From: an uncultured Gemmatimonadales bacterium
Lineage (GTDB): Bacteria > Gemmatimonadota > Gemmatimonadetes > Gemmatimonadales > Gemmatimonadaceae
Assembly: GCA_963793305.1 (NCBI GenBank)
Contig: CAWBZV010000012.1
Coordinates: 32,001-96,000, forward strand
Direction: 5' to 3'
DNA: 64,000 bases
In this document: positions 31,254 through 41,299 of the stretch, piece by piece
Layout: every line of letters starts with the position of its first letter
Position numbering within the stretch: the first letter of the stretch is position 1
Notes under the pieces: generated by a model
Database searches by the model: none
Seen by the model: only the letters and a program-made list of their open reading frames with translations
Told to the model about the DNA's origin: nothing
Made by a program: the position numbers and the translations under genes

Positions 31254-31907
31254 ATGGAGTCACAGCCAGTCCCCGCCACAGACGGCGCGGCGCCAGCCGC
31301 CGACGCTACCCCAGCCGCGCCGAATGAACAACCGCGCCCGCGCGTTCGCCGCACCGCGCGCACGCCGTCGTACGCGCTCGACCTGCTGATCGTGCGCCAC
31401 GGGCCGGCCGGCGACCGCGACGAGTGGGCAAAAACCGGACAGGACGACGACGAGCGCCCACTCACCTCGAGCGGCATCCGCGAGATGCGCCGTGCCGCGC
31501 GCGGGCTGCGGCAGCTCGTGGGCTCGGTTGACGCGATCGGTACGAGTCCGCTCGTGCGCGCGAGGGAGACCGCGGAGATCTTGGGTCGGGCGTTCAACGT
31601 CACGCCGGTCGAAGCGCCCGCGATCGGCGACGGCGACCGGCACGGCATTCTGCGTTGGGTACGCAGCGCCGCGGCGGTGCGCGCGAAAAAACGCCGTGGT
31701 GAGCGCATCACGATCGCCATCGTCGGGCACGAGCCGGACCTGAGTGCGTCGATCTGTTGGCTCCTGACGGGACGGCCCACGGAACCATGGACAGAGATGA
31801 AGAAAGGCGGGGGGTGCCTGCTCTCGTTCACCGGTCGCCCGAAACCGCGCCAGGCGCATCTGCGCTGGCTCCTGACTCGCTCGCAATTGGAACGTCTCGC
31901 ACGCTAA
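31254..31907 (+). CDS. sixA: SixA-like phosphohistidine phosphatase
   Basis: IVRHG, RPLT, TSPLVRARETAE, VGHEPDL. Confidence 0.85.
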   Translation: MESQPVPATDGAAPAADATPAAPNEQPRPRVRRTARTPSYALDLLIVRHGPAGDRDEWAKTGQDDDERPLTSSGIREMRRAARGLRQLVGSVDAIGTSPLVRARETAEILGRAFNVTPVEAPAIGDGDRHGILRWVRSAAAVRAKKRRGERITIAIVGHEPDLSASICWLLTGRPTEPWTEMKKGGGCLLSFTGRPKPRQAHLRWLLTRSQLERLAR

Positions 31908-33305
31908 TGGAACTCCCGAAGGACTTTCTCGACCAACCCGTCGAGCGGGCCTCACGCATCGTCGCCCTCGATCTCCTGCGCGGCGTCGACGCGACTCGTC
32001 TGCGTCTCATCGATCCGACCGACATCGAAGCGCTCCACGATTTCCGCGTGGCGGTCCGCCGGCTGCGGAGTTGGACCCGCGCGTTCCGCCCGTACGTGTC
32101 GAGCAGCGTCGGCAAGAAAGATCGTCGGCGTTTACAGCGCGTGGCGGATGCCACGAGCACCGCGCGCGATACGGAAGTGCAGCTGGAGTGGCTCCTCGCG
32201 CGCGAGGAGCAGTTGGAGCCGGCCGAGCGCGTGGGGGCAGCGCACTTGCGGCGCCGCCTGGAGCTCAGGAAGTACGACGCGGACGCGTCTTTGCACCAGG
32301 AGATCGCCCGCGACCTGGCGCGGGCCGTCGACTCGCTCAGCCTGTCGCTCCCGGTGTACGCGATTCGCTCCCGCGTCGACGAGCCGCCGCGCATCCACCC
32401 CATGTCGGCCGCGCTGGCCGATCTCGTGGCGCGTCACGCGGGTGCCTTACGCGACCGCCTGCGTCACGTCCGGTCGGTCGATGATCAGACGCTGGCGCAC
32501 GACGCGCGGATCGAGGGCAAGCGGCTCCGCTATCTCCTCGAGCCGGTGTGCGACATCATCGAGGGCGCCGACAATGTCATCGCCGACCTCAAGGTGCTGC
32601 AGAACGTGATCGGCGAGATGCACGATGCCTATGTCCTCTCGCGCGAAGTCATGGCCGAGGCCGAGACCTCCGCGCCGACCGATGTCGGCCGCCCGGGCAT
32701 CGTCGCGCTGGCCCGCGCGCTCCGCGAGCGCGAGATCGCGGCCTTCGAGGTGCTCGGCCGCGATTGGCTCGAGGGGAACGCCCTGTCTCTCGCATTCTTC
32801 GCCTCGGTCGCCCAGCTGACCGCCCGTCTCGCGGCCCACAAACCGCGCGACACGGAGATCGAGCGCAAGTATCTCCTCCACGCATTGCCGGACCGTGCCC
32901 ACGACGCGCCGTCCGAGGACATCGAGCAGGGCTACGTTCCGGGCGAGCATCTCGGCCGAACGCCTGCGCCGCGTGCGCCAGAACGGCGACGTGCACTGCT
33001 ACCGCACCGTGAAACTCGGCTCGGGGATCCAGCGCACGGAAATCGAAGAAGAAGCGCCGCCGGCTCTCTTCGACGCGATGTGGCCCCTCACCGAGGGTCA
33101 TCGCATCACCAAGCGCCGCTACGCGATCGCCGACGAGCCGTTCGTCTGGGAGATCGACGAGTTCACCGACCGCGAGCTCGTGCTCGCCGAGGTCGAGCTC
33201 TCAGACGCGGCAACCCTCGTCGCCCCTCCCGACTGGCTCGCGCCCTACATCGTGCGCGAGGTCACGGGAGAGCCGGAGTACCTGAACATCAATCTCGCCG
33301 GCTAG
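31907..33305 (+). CDS. CHAD-CYTH fusion protein (+1 frameshift near 32954)
   Basis: EALHDFRVAVRRLRS and HDARIEGKRLRY (CHAD); EIERKYL, IEQGY, then KRRY, WEIDEF, LAEVEL in the next frame (CYTH). Confidence 0.85.
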
Positions 33306-33409
33306 CCGACTCCGTCTTTGCCGTGGATGTGCATCAAGACGTCGGACGTATCGACACGGAGCATGCAATAGTATTGGCGCGTCGTGTCGCCGGACTCCAC
33401 TGTGCGGAC

Positions 33410-34927
33410 ATGATGAGCCCAACCCGCGCGATCTCCATGACGTTCATGGCCGGCGTCCTCGCCACCAGCGCCGCCGCGCAAATTCCCTCGTGGGGTGTCG
33501 ACTCGTTCCACGTGCCGTCCGACCCGCATTGGGCGGTCGTCACCGCGCGTGACGTGGGGGCGGCGTACATCCTGCTGCGCGACAACCATCCTGGCGGCGC
33601 GTCCGAGCTGCACGACATGGATTTTCAGCATCGCTTGGCGCACGGACATCACGTGGCACTCGAGCGCGCGCGGACGGTCACGTCGTACCAGGGCTACATG
33701 GCCGTCCTGACCGGCTTCGCCACCGCGATGGGCGACAAGCACATATGGAGTCGCCCGACCTTCGTGGTCAACACGCCGCGTTGGCCCCGGTTCATTGTCA
33801 GCAAGCGTGGCGACAACTGGGTCGTGACCGACGCGGACCCGCCAGAGACCTCCCTCGTCGGCGCGGCGTTGATCAGTTGCGATGGCCAGGGGGTCGACGA
33901 TCTGGCACGCCGGAGTGTGGGTGAATTTCGCGCTAACTGGGATATCGGAGCGCAGCAAGCCCAATTCGCTCCATGGCTCCTCGTGAACGAAGGGAATCCG
34001 TTCATCGCCCGTCCCAAGGCATGCGTCGTCGATACCAGCGGCCAGCGGCAGACTGTCACGCTCGATTGGGTGCGCATCAAACGCGAGACGCTGTTGCCGC
34101 GCCTCAAGAAGGCTGGAGGAGCCGGGCAGGCAGGCTACGGCATTCGCCAGGTCGGCAGTGGCTACTGGATCGCCATTCAGGACTTGTACACTGCTCGGGC
34201 CCTCGAGGTCGCCAAGGCCGTCGAGCAACAGAAAGCGGCGCTGAGAAGCGCGCCATTCGTCGTGCTCGACGTCCGTGGAAACGGCGGCGGTTCCTCATTG
34301 ATGGAACGCGAGATCGCGGCGTCACTCTTCGGCGCACCCTACGTTGACGCCCGCCTCGCATCGGGGACGGCGAATGAATGTGGCAATCCCGACGGCGCGT
34401 GGCGCGTCAGTCAGAACAACATCACCAATCTCGAGTACCTGCGGCGCACGGCAGACTTCGTGATGCAGGGCGGGCCGGAGGTCCGGCAGATGGTGGAAGC
34501 GACGCTGCACAACTTGCGCGATGCGCTCGCGCACGGTCGGGCATTTTCCGGGGCCACCCACTGTGCGCAGGCATCGCCCCCGCCGGCTGGGGCCCTGACG
34601 ACGCCGTCGGAAATGAAAGGCCGTCTCTTGCTGCTCACCGACAACCTGTGTTTCAGCGCCTGTCTCTCGCTTGCGGATGATTTTCGGCAGCTCGGCGCGT
34701 TTCACATTGGCCAGACCACGGACGCCGCCACCCACTACGTCGACGTGCGCGAGCAGACTCTCCCCTCAGGGTATTCGATCTTCTCGACGCTCCAGTCGCT
34801 GGATCCGGCTGCGCCGGTGCAAGTTGGGCCGTACAAGCCCGCCCTGATCTACAATGGCGATATCGCTGATTCGGCGACGCTCGAGAAGTGGGTCGTCGAT
34901 AGCGCCGTTCCGGCGGCGAGTCGATAG
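33410..34927 (+). CDS. Secreted S41-family peptidase-like protein
   Basis: Signal peptide; DNHPG, VLDVRGNGGGS, LTDNLCFSACL, IGQTT. Confidence 0.75.
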   Translation: MMSPTRAISMTFMAGVLATSAAAQIPSWGVDSFHVPSDPHWAVVTARDVGAAYILLRDNHPGGASELHDMDFQHRLAHGHHVALERARTVTSYQGYMAVLTGFATAMGDKHIWSRPTFVVNTPRWPRFIVSKRGDNWVVTDADPPETSLVGAALISCDGQGVDDLARRSVGEFRANWDIGAQQAQFAPWLLVNEGNPFIARPKACVVDTSGQRQTVTLDWVRIKRETLLPRLKKAGGAGQAGYGIRQVGSGYWIAIQDLYTARALEVAKAVEQQKAALRSAPFVVLDVRGNGGGSSLMEREIAASLFGAPYVDARLASGTANECGNPDGAWRVSQNNITNLEYLRRTADFVMQGGPEVRQMVEATLHNLRDALAHGRAFSGATHCAQASPPPAGALTTPSEMKGRLLLLTDNLCFSACLSLADDFRQLGAFHIGQTTDAATHYVDVREQTLPSGYSIFSTLQSLDPAAPVQVGPYKPALIYNGDIADSATLEKWVVDSAVPAASR

Positions 34928-34990
34928 CGATGCTGGCAGGGTTATATTTGCGCGATCTCGATGGCAATGTCCTCTCATGTGTGACCTCGG

Positions 34991-35792
34991 ATGAATGTTC
35001 ACCTGATTTGTTCGCCGTACGACTCGGGCCGCCGCGGCGAGCGCAACGGCGCCGGCCCGGCCGCGTTGAGCGATGCGCTCCGTGGACGGGCCGAGAGCGT
35101 CGAGGAGATCGAACTGACCGACTATCTGGCCGAGGTCAGCGTTGCGTTCGGGGTCGCGCGCGAGTTGTCGGTGCGCGTCCGCGATTGTCTTGCGAAAGGT
35201 GCGTTTCCGATAGTCCTTTCCGGCAACTGTTGCGCGTCCCTCGGCACGATATCGGGATGCGGATGCGCCAACACGGACGTTCGTGTGGTTCGACGGCCAC
35301 GGTGAAGGGATGACACCCGACACGACCTCGAGTGGATTCCTGGATGGTATGGGGATCAGCGTGCTCACGGGTCGATCGTGGCGGACGATTGCCGGATCGA
35401 TTCCCGGATTCGCGCCCATGCCGGGCAAGCAGATCGTGCTCGCGGGCGGTCACGATTGCGAGCCCGCCGAGCTGGCACTGCTCGATGAGGTGGGCGTCGA
35501 GCGGGTACGGACGGTCGCCGCGCTGAAGGACTCGAAGGTGTTGAACCAGCATGTGCTCGACGGTGTCTACGTTCACCTGGACCTCGACGTGCTGGACTCG
35601 CGCGAAGCGATGGCGAACGTGTGGGCGACGCCGGACGGCTGGAAGGTGGACGATCTCGTCGCAGCCATCCGGATCGTCAAAGAGCGGCGCCGGATCAAAG
35701 CCGTCGGGGTCGCGTCATACGACCCTCAGGCGGACCGCGACGGACGAGCCGCGCATGCCATTGTCCGTATCATTGACCTGATCACCGGCTGA
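34991..35792 (+). CDS. Arginase/ureohydrolase family protein (+1 frameshift near 35281)
   Basis: PYDSG, LSGNC, VWFDGHGE, SGFLDGM, YVHLDLDVLD. Confidence 0.85.
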
Positions 35793-35947
35793 GCGTGTGC
35801 GGGGTTGCAGCCAACTGGTCCCGTCCAGCGTTCGCATGCTGACGAGAGTCGCGGTATCGGTGGGTTGGGAGGCGCTCAGCCATCTCTAGCGGCGGCCAAA
35901 TGTGCGCGCTATTGTCTAGCTCCTCTCGACCTTGATAGCGAGGCACT

Positions 35948-36301
35948 GTGATCGAGATCCCGGAATGGATGGAAGGCGCGGAGATCGTGATCGAGCTCTA
36001 CGGAGCGGATCGAACCACGGCCAATAACCTTCGCGAGTTGTTCACTGACGAAAGCAATGATGTCGCGTTTTCGCACGCCTTCGGTGGTGCGGACTGCGTC
36101 ATCATCATCACCGTTCTCGCCAAGCCGGTCTTCGATAAGCTGATCGAATACTGGACGAAGACGCGCACATTCACTCCGAAAACGACGGTCAAAATCCGCA
36201 ACACCTCAATCACCATTGCCGGATTCGGGCGTGAAGATGTCGAAACACTGCTGGCAAATCCGGCCTTTCAAAACGCGGTCAAAGCCGCCAAAAGTAAATG
36301 A
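35948..36301 (+). CDS. Small protein resembling effector-associated constant component EACC1
   Basis: 117 aa; GG plus hydrophobic helix, W-x-K-T-R, short beta hairpin, DVETLL; GAGG RBS; ATGA coupling to the next gene. Family call is from recalled pattern only. Confidence 0.5.
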   Translation: MIEIPEWMEGAEIVIELYGADRTTANNLRELFTDESNDVAFSHAFGGADCVIIITVLAKPVFDKLIEYWTKTRTFTPKTTVKIRNTSITIAGFGREDVETLLANPAFQNAVKAAKSK

Positions 36302-37449
36302 CCCGGCAAGAGGCCGTCGCCAGGTGCATCGAACGGCTTCGCCCGAACGCCAAGTTCACCGTCATCACGCATTCGAGCGAGCATTTTGGGGACCTCTTGG
36401 GAGATGGCTTTTTCACGGCCCATCTCTACGATGAACAGATCGACGCCAATATGATCACCACGAAACACGGGATGGTGGTCATCCAGAACAGCTATATCGC
36501 GTCGTTTGCCTACAACGTCTTCTTGTGCTGGCTACACCATCGCCGCCTCCGTTCGTCCGCCGAGTCGCTCGACCGCCTCCTCGCGTACAACTTCAAGAAG
36601 TTCTTGGCCGAACAGTTCTATCACTATAAGAACTGCATCTACTCGCGGACCCTGCTCCTCGAGACGCTGCTGTTCCAGGAACACCGGATGGTGCACGTCT
36701 TCGCCGCCAAGGACGCGGACTCCACGCTGTCCGCCGATGCAGACGCCGGCGCCAATATCATGCTCTCGGCGTTATTGATGCACGAAGTCAGTCACTATTT
36801 TCTCGATGCGAAGCCGGAGCTCTGGCCAGATCTGATGCGGTCCGAGGACGATGCGATCACATCGTGCGCCGCGCGCATGCAATCGACGTGTCGTCCGGCG
36901 ATCTGGCCGGAGCTTCAATGCGACGCGCTCGCCCTGAAGCAATGCTTGGTAGACCACGGCCAGCATGCCGGGGTGAAGTTTGCATTGCGGGCCTTTGCAT
37001 TCGCTTATGCGGCATACGCGGCTATGTATACGGCCCGCGCCACCGCGGAGGTCACTGCCTGGCAGTTGAATACGGACCCTCCTGACAGTGTCGACTTCCT
37101 GGATATTGCTCCAATGCCACACGCCGTATGGCGGTATACATTGGCCGTCGATGGCGAATTCGTGGAACGCGCGCGATTGGTCCTGGACCTGTGTGGGGAG
37201 CTCGCCAGCCAGCACGCATTCGAGCTGTTCGGCGACGATGATCCTTTTCCACTGCCGGCGACGATCGTGGACGACCTGTTGGCCTACGTTCCGCGCGCGT
37301 TTGCTTATGAAGTAGAGAACGACCGCAAGATGTCCCAACTGGTCGCCAGGGCGCTGCATGATCATCCCGAGGGCATGGAATACCTGTATCTGAGGTCCAA
37401 AACTTTCCGAACTGAGCGAACCGAGCCGCTGACCGTTCGGCCCGGCTAG
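36298..37449 (+). CDS. HExxH zinc metallopeptidase-like protein
   Basis: LLMHEVSHY followed about 40 aa later by ELQCDALA; no signal peptide. Confidence 0.7.
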   Translation: MTRQEAVARCIERLRPNAKFTVITHSSEHFGDLLGDGFFTAHLYDEQIDANMITTKHGMVVIQNSYIASFAYNVFLCWLHHRRLRSSAESLDRLLAYNFKKFLAEQFYHYKNCIYSRTLLLETLLFQEHRMVHVFAAKDADSTLSADADAGANIMLSALLMHEVSHYFLDAKPELWPDLMRSEDDAITSCAARMQSTCRPAIWPELQCDALALKQCLVDHGQHAGVKFALRAFAFAYAAYAAMYTARATAEVTAWQLNTDPPDSVDFLDIAPMPHAVWRYTLAVDGEFVERARLVLDLCGELASQHAFELFGDDDPFPLPATIVDDLLAYVPRAFAYEVENDRKMSQLVARALHDHPEGMEYLYLRSKTFRTERTEPLTVRPG

Positions 37450-37454
37450 CGCAC

Positions 37455-38003
37455 CTAGCGCGCGAGACGGTATTCCAGAAGGACGACCCTATCATCAAGA
37501 ACGGTGGTCTCTATGAGCTCAAGTGCGGCCAGCGACAAATCCGCGTAGATAGGCTCTCGGCCTCGGTCGCCGAGGATCACGGGAAACACCATGAGGCGGA
37601 GCCGATCAATCAGTCCGGCCTTGAACATGCTTGTGACCAGATGGATGCTGCCAAAGGAGTGCAGCGGATCCCCGTCCTGCTGTTTGAGTGCGGCGATCTC
37701 CTCCGCGGCGATGCCGCTGATTAGCCGCGTGTTTTTCCACATGAGGGGCTCTTTGAGTGTGCTGGAAAACACCACTTTCGGTGTCTCGCGCATCTTGGTA
37801 CTGACTGGATCGGTGCCGGATGCGGCGAATTGAGCAAACGCCTCATATGTGGCTCTGCCCATCACGATGATCCGCGGCTGGTCAAGATTCGCGTGGACCC
37901 ACTCTTCGAGGTCGGGGCCTAAGTACCCGAAGTACGGGGGTTGATCCACGCCAGACGCAAAGCCATCAAGCGAGACGAACAGGTCAGCGGTGAATTCTCG
38001 CAT
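37455..38003 (-). CDS. RibD C-terminal / dihydrofolate reductase family protein
   Basis: FVSLDGF, MGRATYE, GSIHLV, VFPVILG. Confidence 0.9.
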   Translation of the reverse strand: MREFTADLFVSLDGFASGVDQPPYFGYLGPDLEEWVHANLDQPRIIVMGRATYEAFAQFAASGTDPVSTKMRETPKVVFSSTLKEPLMWKNTRLISGIAAEEIAALKQQDGDPLHSFGSIHLVTSMFKAGLIDRLRLMVFPVILGDRGREPIYADLSLAALELIETTVLDDRVVLLEYRLAR

Positions 38004-38008
38004 GAATA

Positions 38009-38077
38009 GGCGACGAACGACGGGACCGCAAATCGACACGCTCAGCCGTGTCGATTTCCGCGACTCCGTTCGTCGCC
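38009..38077. promoter_or_regulatory. Back-to-back ECF-sigma-type promoters (TGTCGA-N16/17-CGTC on each strand)
   Basis: Plus strand: TGTCGA 38049-54, CGTC 38071-74. Minus strand: TGTCGA 38038-33, CGTC 38015-12. Each faces a DHFR-like gene. Confidence 0.7.
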
Positions 38078-38119
38078 AAGGTAGAGACATCGAAAAACAC
38101 CTAACAAAGGCGACTCGAA

Positions 38120-38704
38120 ATGCGAAAAATTAGAATCTTCGAACACACCTCACTGGACGGTGTGATCCAGATGCCCGACGGACTCGAAGGCGGCGAGTAC
38201 CTGTATGGTGACTGGACGGCACGGTATCGCAGTCCAACCGGCGCCGCAGCCCTCGCCGACAGATACGGGAAAAGCTACGATCTGCTGCTCGGCCGCCGTA
38301 CCTACGATGGCTGGTCTGGCTTTTGGCCGAAGGTCAAAGGCGGTCCGTTCGCGGACGCCATTAACGCGGCGACGAAATATGTAGCCACCCACCGGCCGGC
38401 GAGCCTCGAGTGGGGACCAGTCAAGGCGGTCGGGCCGGACATCGCGGAGGACGTTCGCCGCGTCAAGGCGACGGACGGCCACGACCTGATCGTCTGCGGC
38501 AGCTCGACGCTGACGCCGGTGCTGATCGACCAGGGATTGGTCGACGAATTGGTGCTGATCGTCTATCCGGTCTTGCTGGGCCAGGGCAAACGATTCTTTC
38601 CGAGTAGCGCTGACGCACGCGAGCTCGCTTTCGTCAGCACGAACACGACGCCCACGGGTGTGGTCGTCAACACGTATCGGTACGTTGGCTCGCTAACGAA
38701 GTAA
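38120..38704 (+). CDS. RibD C-terminal / dihydrofolate reductase family protein
   Basis: TSLDGVIQ, LLGRRTYD, GSSTL, YPVLLGQGKRFF. Confidence 0.9.
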   Translation: MRKIRIFEHTSLDGVIQMPDGLEGGEYLYGDWTARYRSPTGAAALADRYGKSYDLLLGRRTYDGWSGFWPKVKGGPFADAINAATKYVATHRPASLEWGPVKAVGPDIAEDVRRVKATDGHDLIVCGSSTLTPVLIDQGLVDELVLIVYPVLLGQGKRFFPSSADARELAFVSTNTTPTGVVVNTYRYVGSLTK

Positions 38705-38728
38705 GCGCGGTCCGAACATATTGGGGGC

Positions 38729-39289
38729 ATGAGCGGCTTCAGTTTCGACGCATCCTGGCCTCTAATCGCATTCCCACTAGCAGTGATCGTGGTCATCGTC
38801 GGGGTGACCATGTCACTCGCTCGGTGGGGGAGAGCATCCATGAACGGTTCGACGCGCGCGCCAGAAGTGTACGGGTACACCGTCTGTCTCATCGCCGTCA
38901 TCGTGGCGCTCATCAGCGTGAGTGGCTTGCTCGATGCGGCATTCACGATCGCTGATCCACTCGGCGGCGAGAGCAGCGGCGCATGGAACGAGATGGGTCA
39001 AGCGCAGTCATTGCGCTCGCTCGATGCCTTTCGGGCATCGGCCACGAAGACCTCGACGGGCGCATACGTCTTCAGGCATCAGGTGTTCGGAATGAACGGC
39101 GTAACGGCGATCGCCGACACACTCAACGACGCCCAAGTGCTGGCGCGTTATGAAACGCTGCGCGCCGACCGGCTGTCGGAGCAGCGGTTCAAGGCGATCA
39201 AGGGGTTCGTGACGAACACGATCATGCTCGTGATCGCACTGGCGCTGTTCGCCTGGCACTGGCGATGGCTCCGGCGGCCGACTTCCTAG
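38729..39289 (+). CDS. Hypothetical membrane protein (3 TM)
   Basis: Hydrophobic segments; VYGYTVCLIAV and LFAWHWRWLR. Confidence 0.7.
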   Translation: MSGFSFDASWPLIAFPLAVIVVIVGVTMSLARWGRASMNGSTRAPEVYGYTVCLIAVIVALISVSGLLDAAFTIADPLGGESSGAWNEMGQAQSLRSLDAFRASATKTSTGAYVFRHQVFGMNGVTAIADTLNDAQVLARYETLRADRLSEQRFKAIKGFVTNTIMLVIALALFAWHWRWLRRPTS

Positions 39290-39829
39290 ATGCCGTCGCG
39301 TCTCACTGAGATCAGCGAGGTGCTGCGCGAGGTCTCGGCGCGGGCCGAGGCCCTCGGCGCATCGCTCGGCGCCGAGCAGATGCTCCGGCGGCCGGAGCCG
39401 AACCGGTGGTCTCCGGCCGAGTGCCTCGCGCATCTGACCGTCACCGCCAACGCCTACGCGCCGGTGTGGCGCGACGCTTTTGCCGCCGCGAGACAACGCG
39501 GCGCGCGCGGCGGTGAGCCCTATCGCATGGATTTTATCGGGCGCATGCTGAACTGGTCACTCAAGCCGGGGAGAAATCGGTATAAAGCGCCGGCGCACAT
39601 GCAACCCATTAGCGTCGCCTCCGGCGAAGCGGCGCTCGCGGCCTTTCTCGACTCGCAGCGGATGGTGCAACAGTTCGTGATCGAGGGCGCCGGGCTACCG
39701 CTCGACCGCATGAAGATCGCGTCGCCGGCGGTGGCGAGCATACGCTACAGCGTCTGGTCCAGCTTCGTGATCATCGGCACCCACGGACAACGCCACCTGG
39801 CACAGGCCGAAGTTACCGCGACGTCGTAG
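39290..39829 (+). CDS. DinB family protein
   Basis: WSPAECLAHL and HGQRHLAQA. Confidence 0.85.
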   Translation: MPSRLTEISEVLREVSARAEALGASLGAEQMLRRPEPNRWSPAECLAHLTVTANAYAPVWRDAFAAARQRGARGGEPYRMDFIGRMLNWSLKPGRNRYKAPAHMQPISVASGEAALAAFLDSQRMVQQFVIEGAGLPLDRMKIASPAVASIRYSVWSSFVIIGTHGQRHLAQAEVTATS

Positions 39830-41299
39830 GCCGGTCGTTGGCATCGGCGATCCTGCCGTCTTCGGTCAGCCAGAATGCGGTATTCCATACCCCCATGCGC
39901 GAACGTCGCGGTGTAGATGTCAGCGCCACCGGGTCCGACTCCCTTGAACGTCAGCGACTCCAGCGCACCGAGCGACGCGAGCTTCGCCTGGGATTCCGCC
40001 AGCTGCTCACGGAACGTCCTCCGCCAATGCGGAGCTCATGAGCTCATAGTTCGGTTTGCCGAGCCGCAATTCGCCGATCAGTCGGCGTAGCGCCGCCTCA
40101 CTCCCCACGGCCGGCGTCTGATCCTTGAATCGCTTGGCGAACGCGGCCGCCGCCGCGGCGTTCCGGGCTTCGACCACGCGCGCAAGCATGTCAGTTGCCA
40201 GGCGACTGGGGTTCTCCTTTCCTCCTACAACGTTCCGAAACAGCACGACGCCGACCTGCGCGCCTCGGTCGAAGTACATATAAGCGACGTACCCCGCGAC
40301 GCCCCCGCTATGCCCGACCCATGTCAGCGTGTCGCGGCGCATCGCCATAAAGCCCAAGCCGTATCCTTGCTCGAAGTCGGCGGACGTGGCCACGAATCCA
40401 CCGTATGCCGACTCCAGACGCGCAGGCGACAACACGCTGGCCGGCCCGTGGCCGAGCTCGAACGCAACGAAGCGGGCCAGGTCATCAACCGTTGTGAAGA
40501 TCGCACCGTTGGGCACTTTGAAGCCGCGTCCGTCGCGCCCCTCGTGCGCCGCCGTCGAATCATCCAGCGTGCCATCGTCGTTGACCATGTATCCCGTCGC
40601 GAGATCCGGCGCGATCGTTGGATCAATCTCGAACCGCGTTCGCTGCATGCCGAGCGGCTCGAAGACGCGCGTGCGTTCCCATTCGGTGTACGGCACGCCG
40701 GCGACGTGGGACAGTGCCGCACCGAGGATGGCGTAGCCGATGTTGGAATAGGAGTACTCGGTGCCCGGGAACGATCGGTAGTCCGTGTGCGGCAACGCAG
40801 CGATCAACGTCTTTTGCCAGTCCGCCACCGGCCCGGTCCAGAACGGGCCTTCCTCACGGGGCTCTCGCGCGAGTCCGGCGGTCATCGTCGCCAACTGGAG
40901 GAACGTGAACGGCGGCGCGCCCGGTGGCTTGGAGCCGATCTGCTTGATCTCCGGTACATAGCGCTCGACCGGATCCGACAGTTGGATCTTGCCGGCAGCG
41001 ATCAACTGCATCAGCATGACCGCGGTGAACATCTTCGTGATCGAGCCGATTCTGTAGACTGTGCCGCGGTTGGCGAGCCGGTGCGTCTTTATGTCGGCGA
41101 AACCATAGCTGTGCGTCCACACCAGCTGTGATCCCGCGATCACGCCAGCGGTGATGCTGCCAAGGCTGTCCTTCGCGAACTCGGCGTTGATCAGCGAGTC
41201 GATGCCGGAGAGTACCGGCGCCGCTATGGACGGCGCACTCTGCGGACGAGCGAGCGGTGCGCACAGCAAGCATGCCAGACCGCCAACGTACAACTTCAC
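39813..41299 (-). CDS. Serine hydrolase, beta-lactamase class C-like, with C-terminal extra domain hidden by two +1 frameshifts (~40012, ~39874)
   Basis: SITK, YSN, HSG motifs. Shifted frames give REQLAESQAKLASLGALESLTFKGVGPGGADIY...RI/WLTEDGRIADANDRP to TAA 39813. GTG start overlaps the upstream TGA. Confidence 0.8.

Noticed and set aside
33352..33389. Imperfect dyad CGACACG...CAATA-G-TATTG...CGTGTCG before the S41-like gene
   Set aside because: Possible operator, but single, off-centre and without an adjacent regulator; too weak to call.
31757..34927. 1056-aa CHAD-peptidase 'fusion' ORF
   Set aside because: Artefact. One extra base diverts CHAD-CYTH into a junk frame that runs into a separate signal-peptide-bearing S41-like gene starting near 33410.
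38009..38077. Rho-independent terminator or attC site
   Set aside because: It lies between divergent starts, has no U-tract and no RYYYAAC/GTTRRRY ends, and its spacers do not pair.
34930..39829. Integron cassette array of small genes
   Set aside because: Mixed orientations, no repeated attC-like sites recognised and no integrase in the window.
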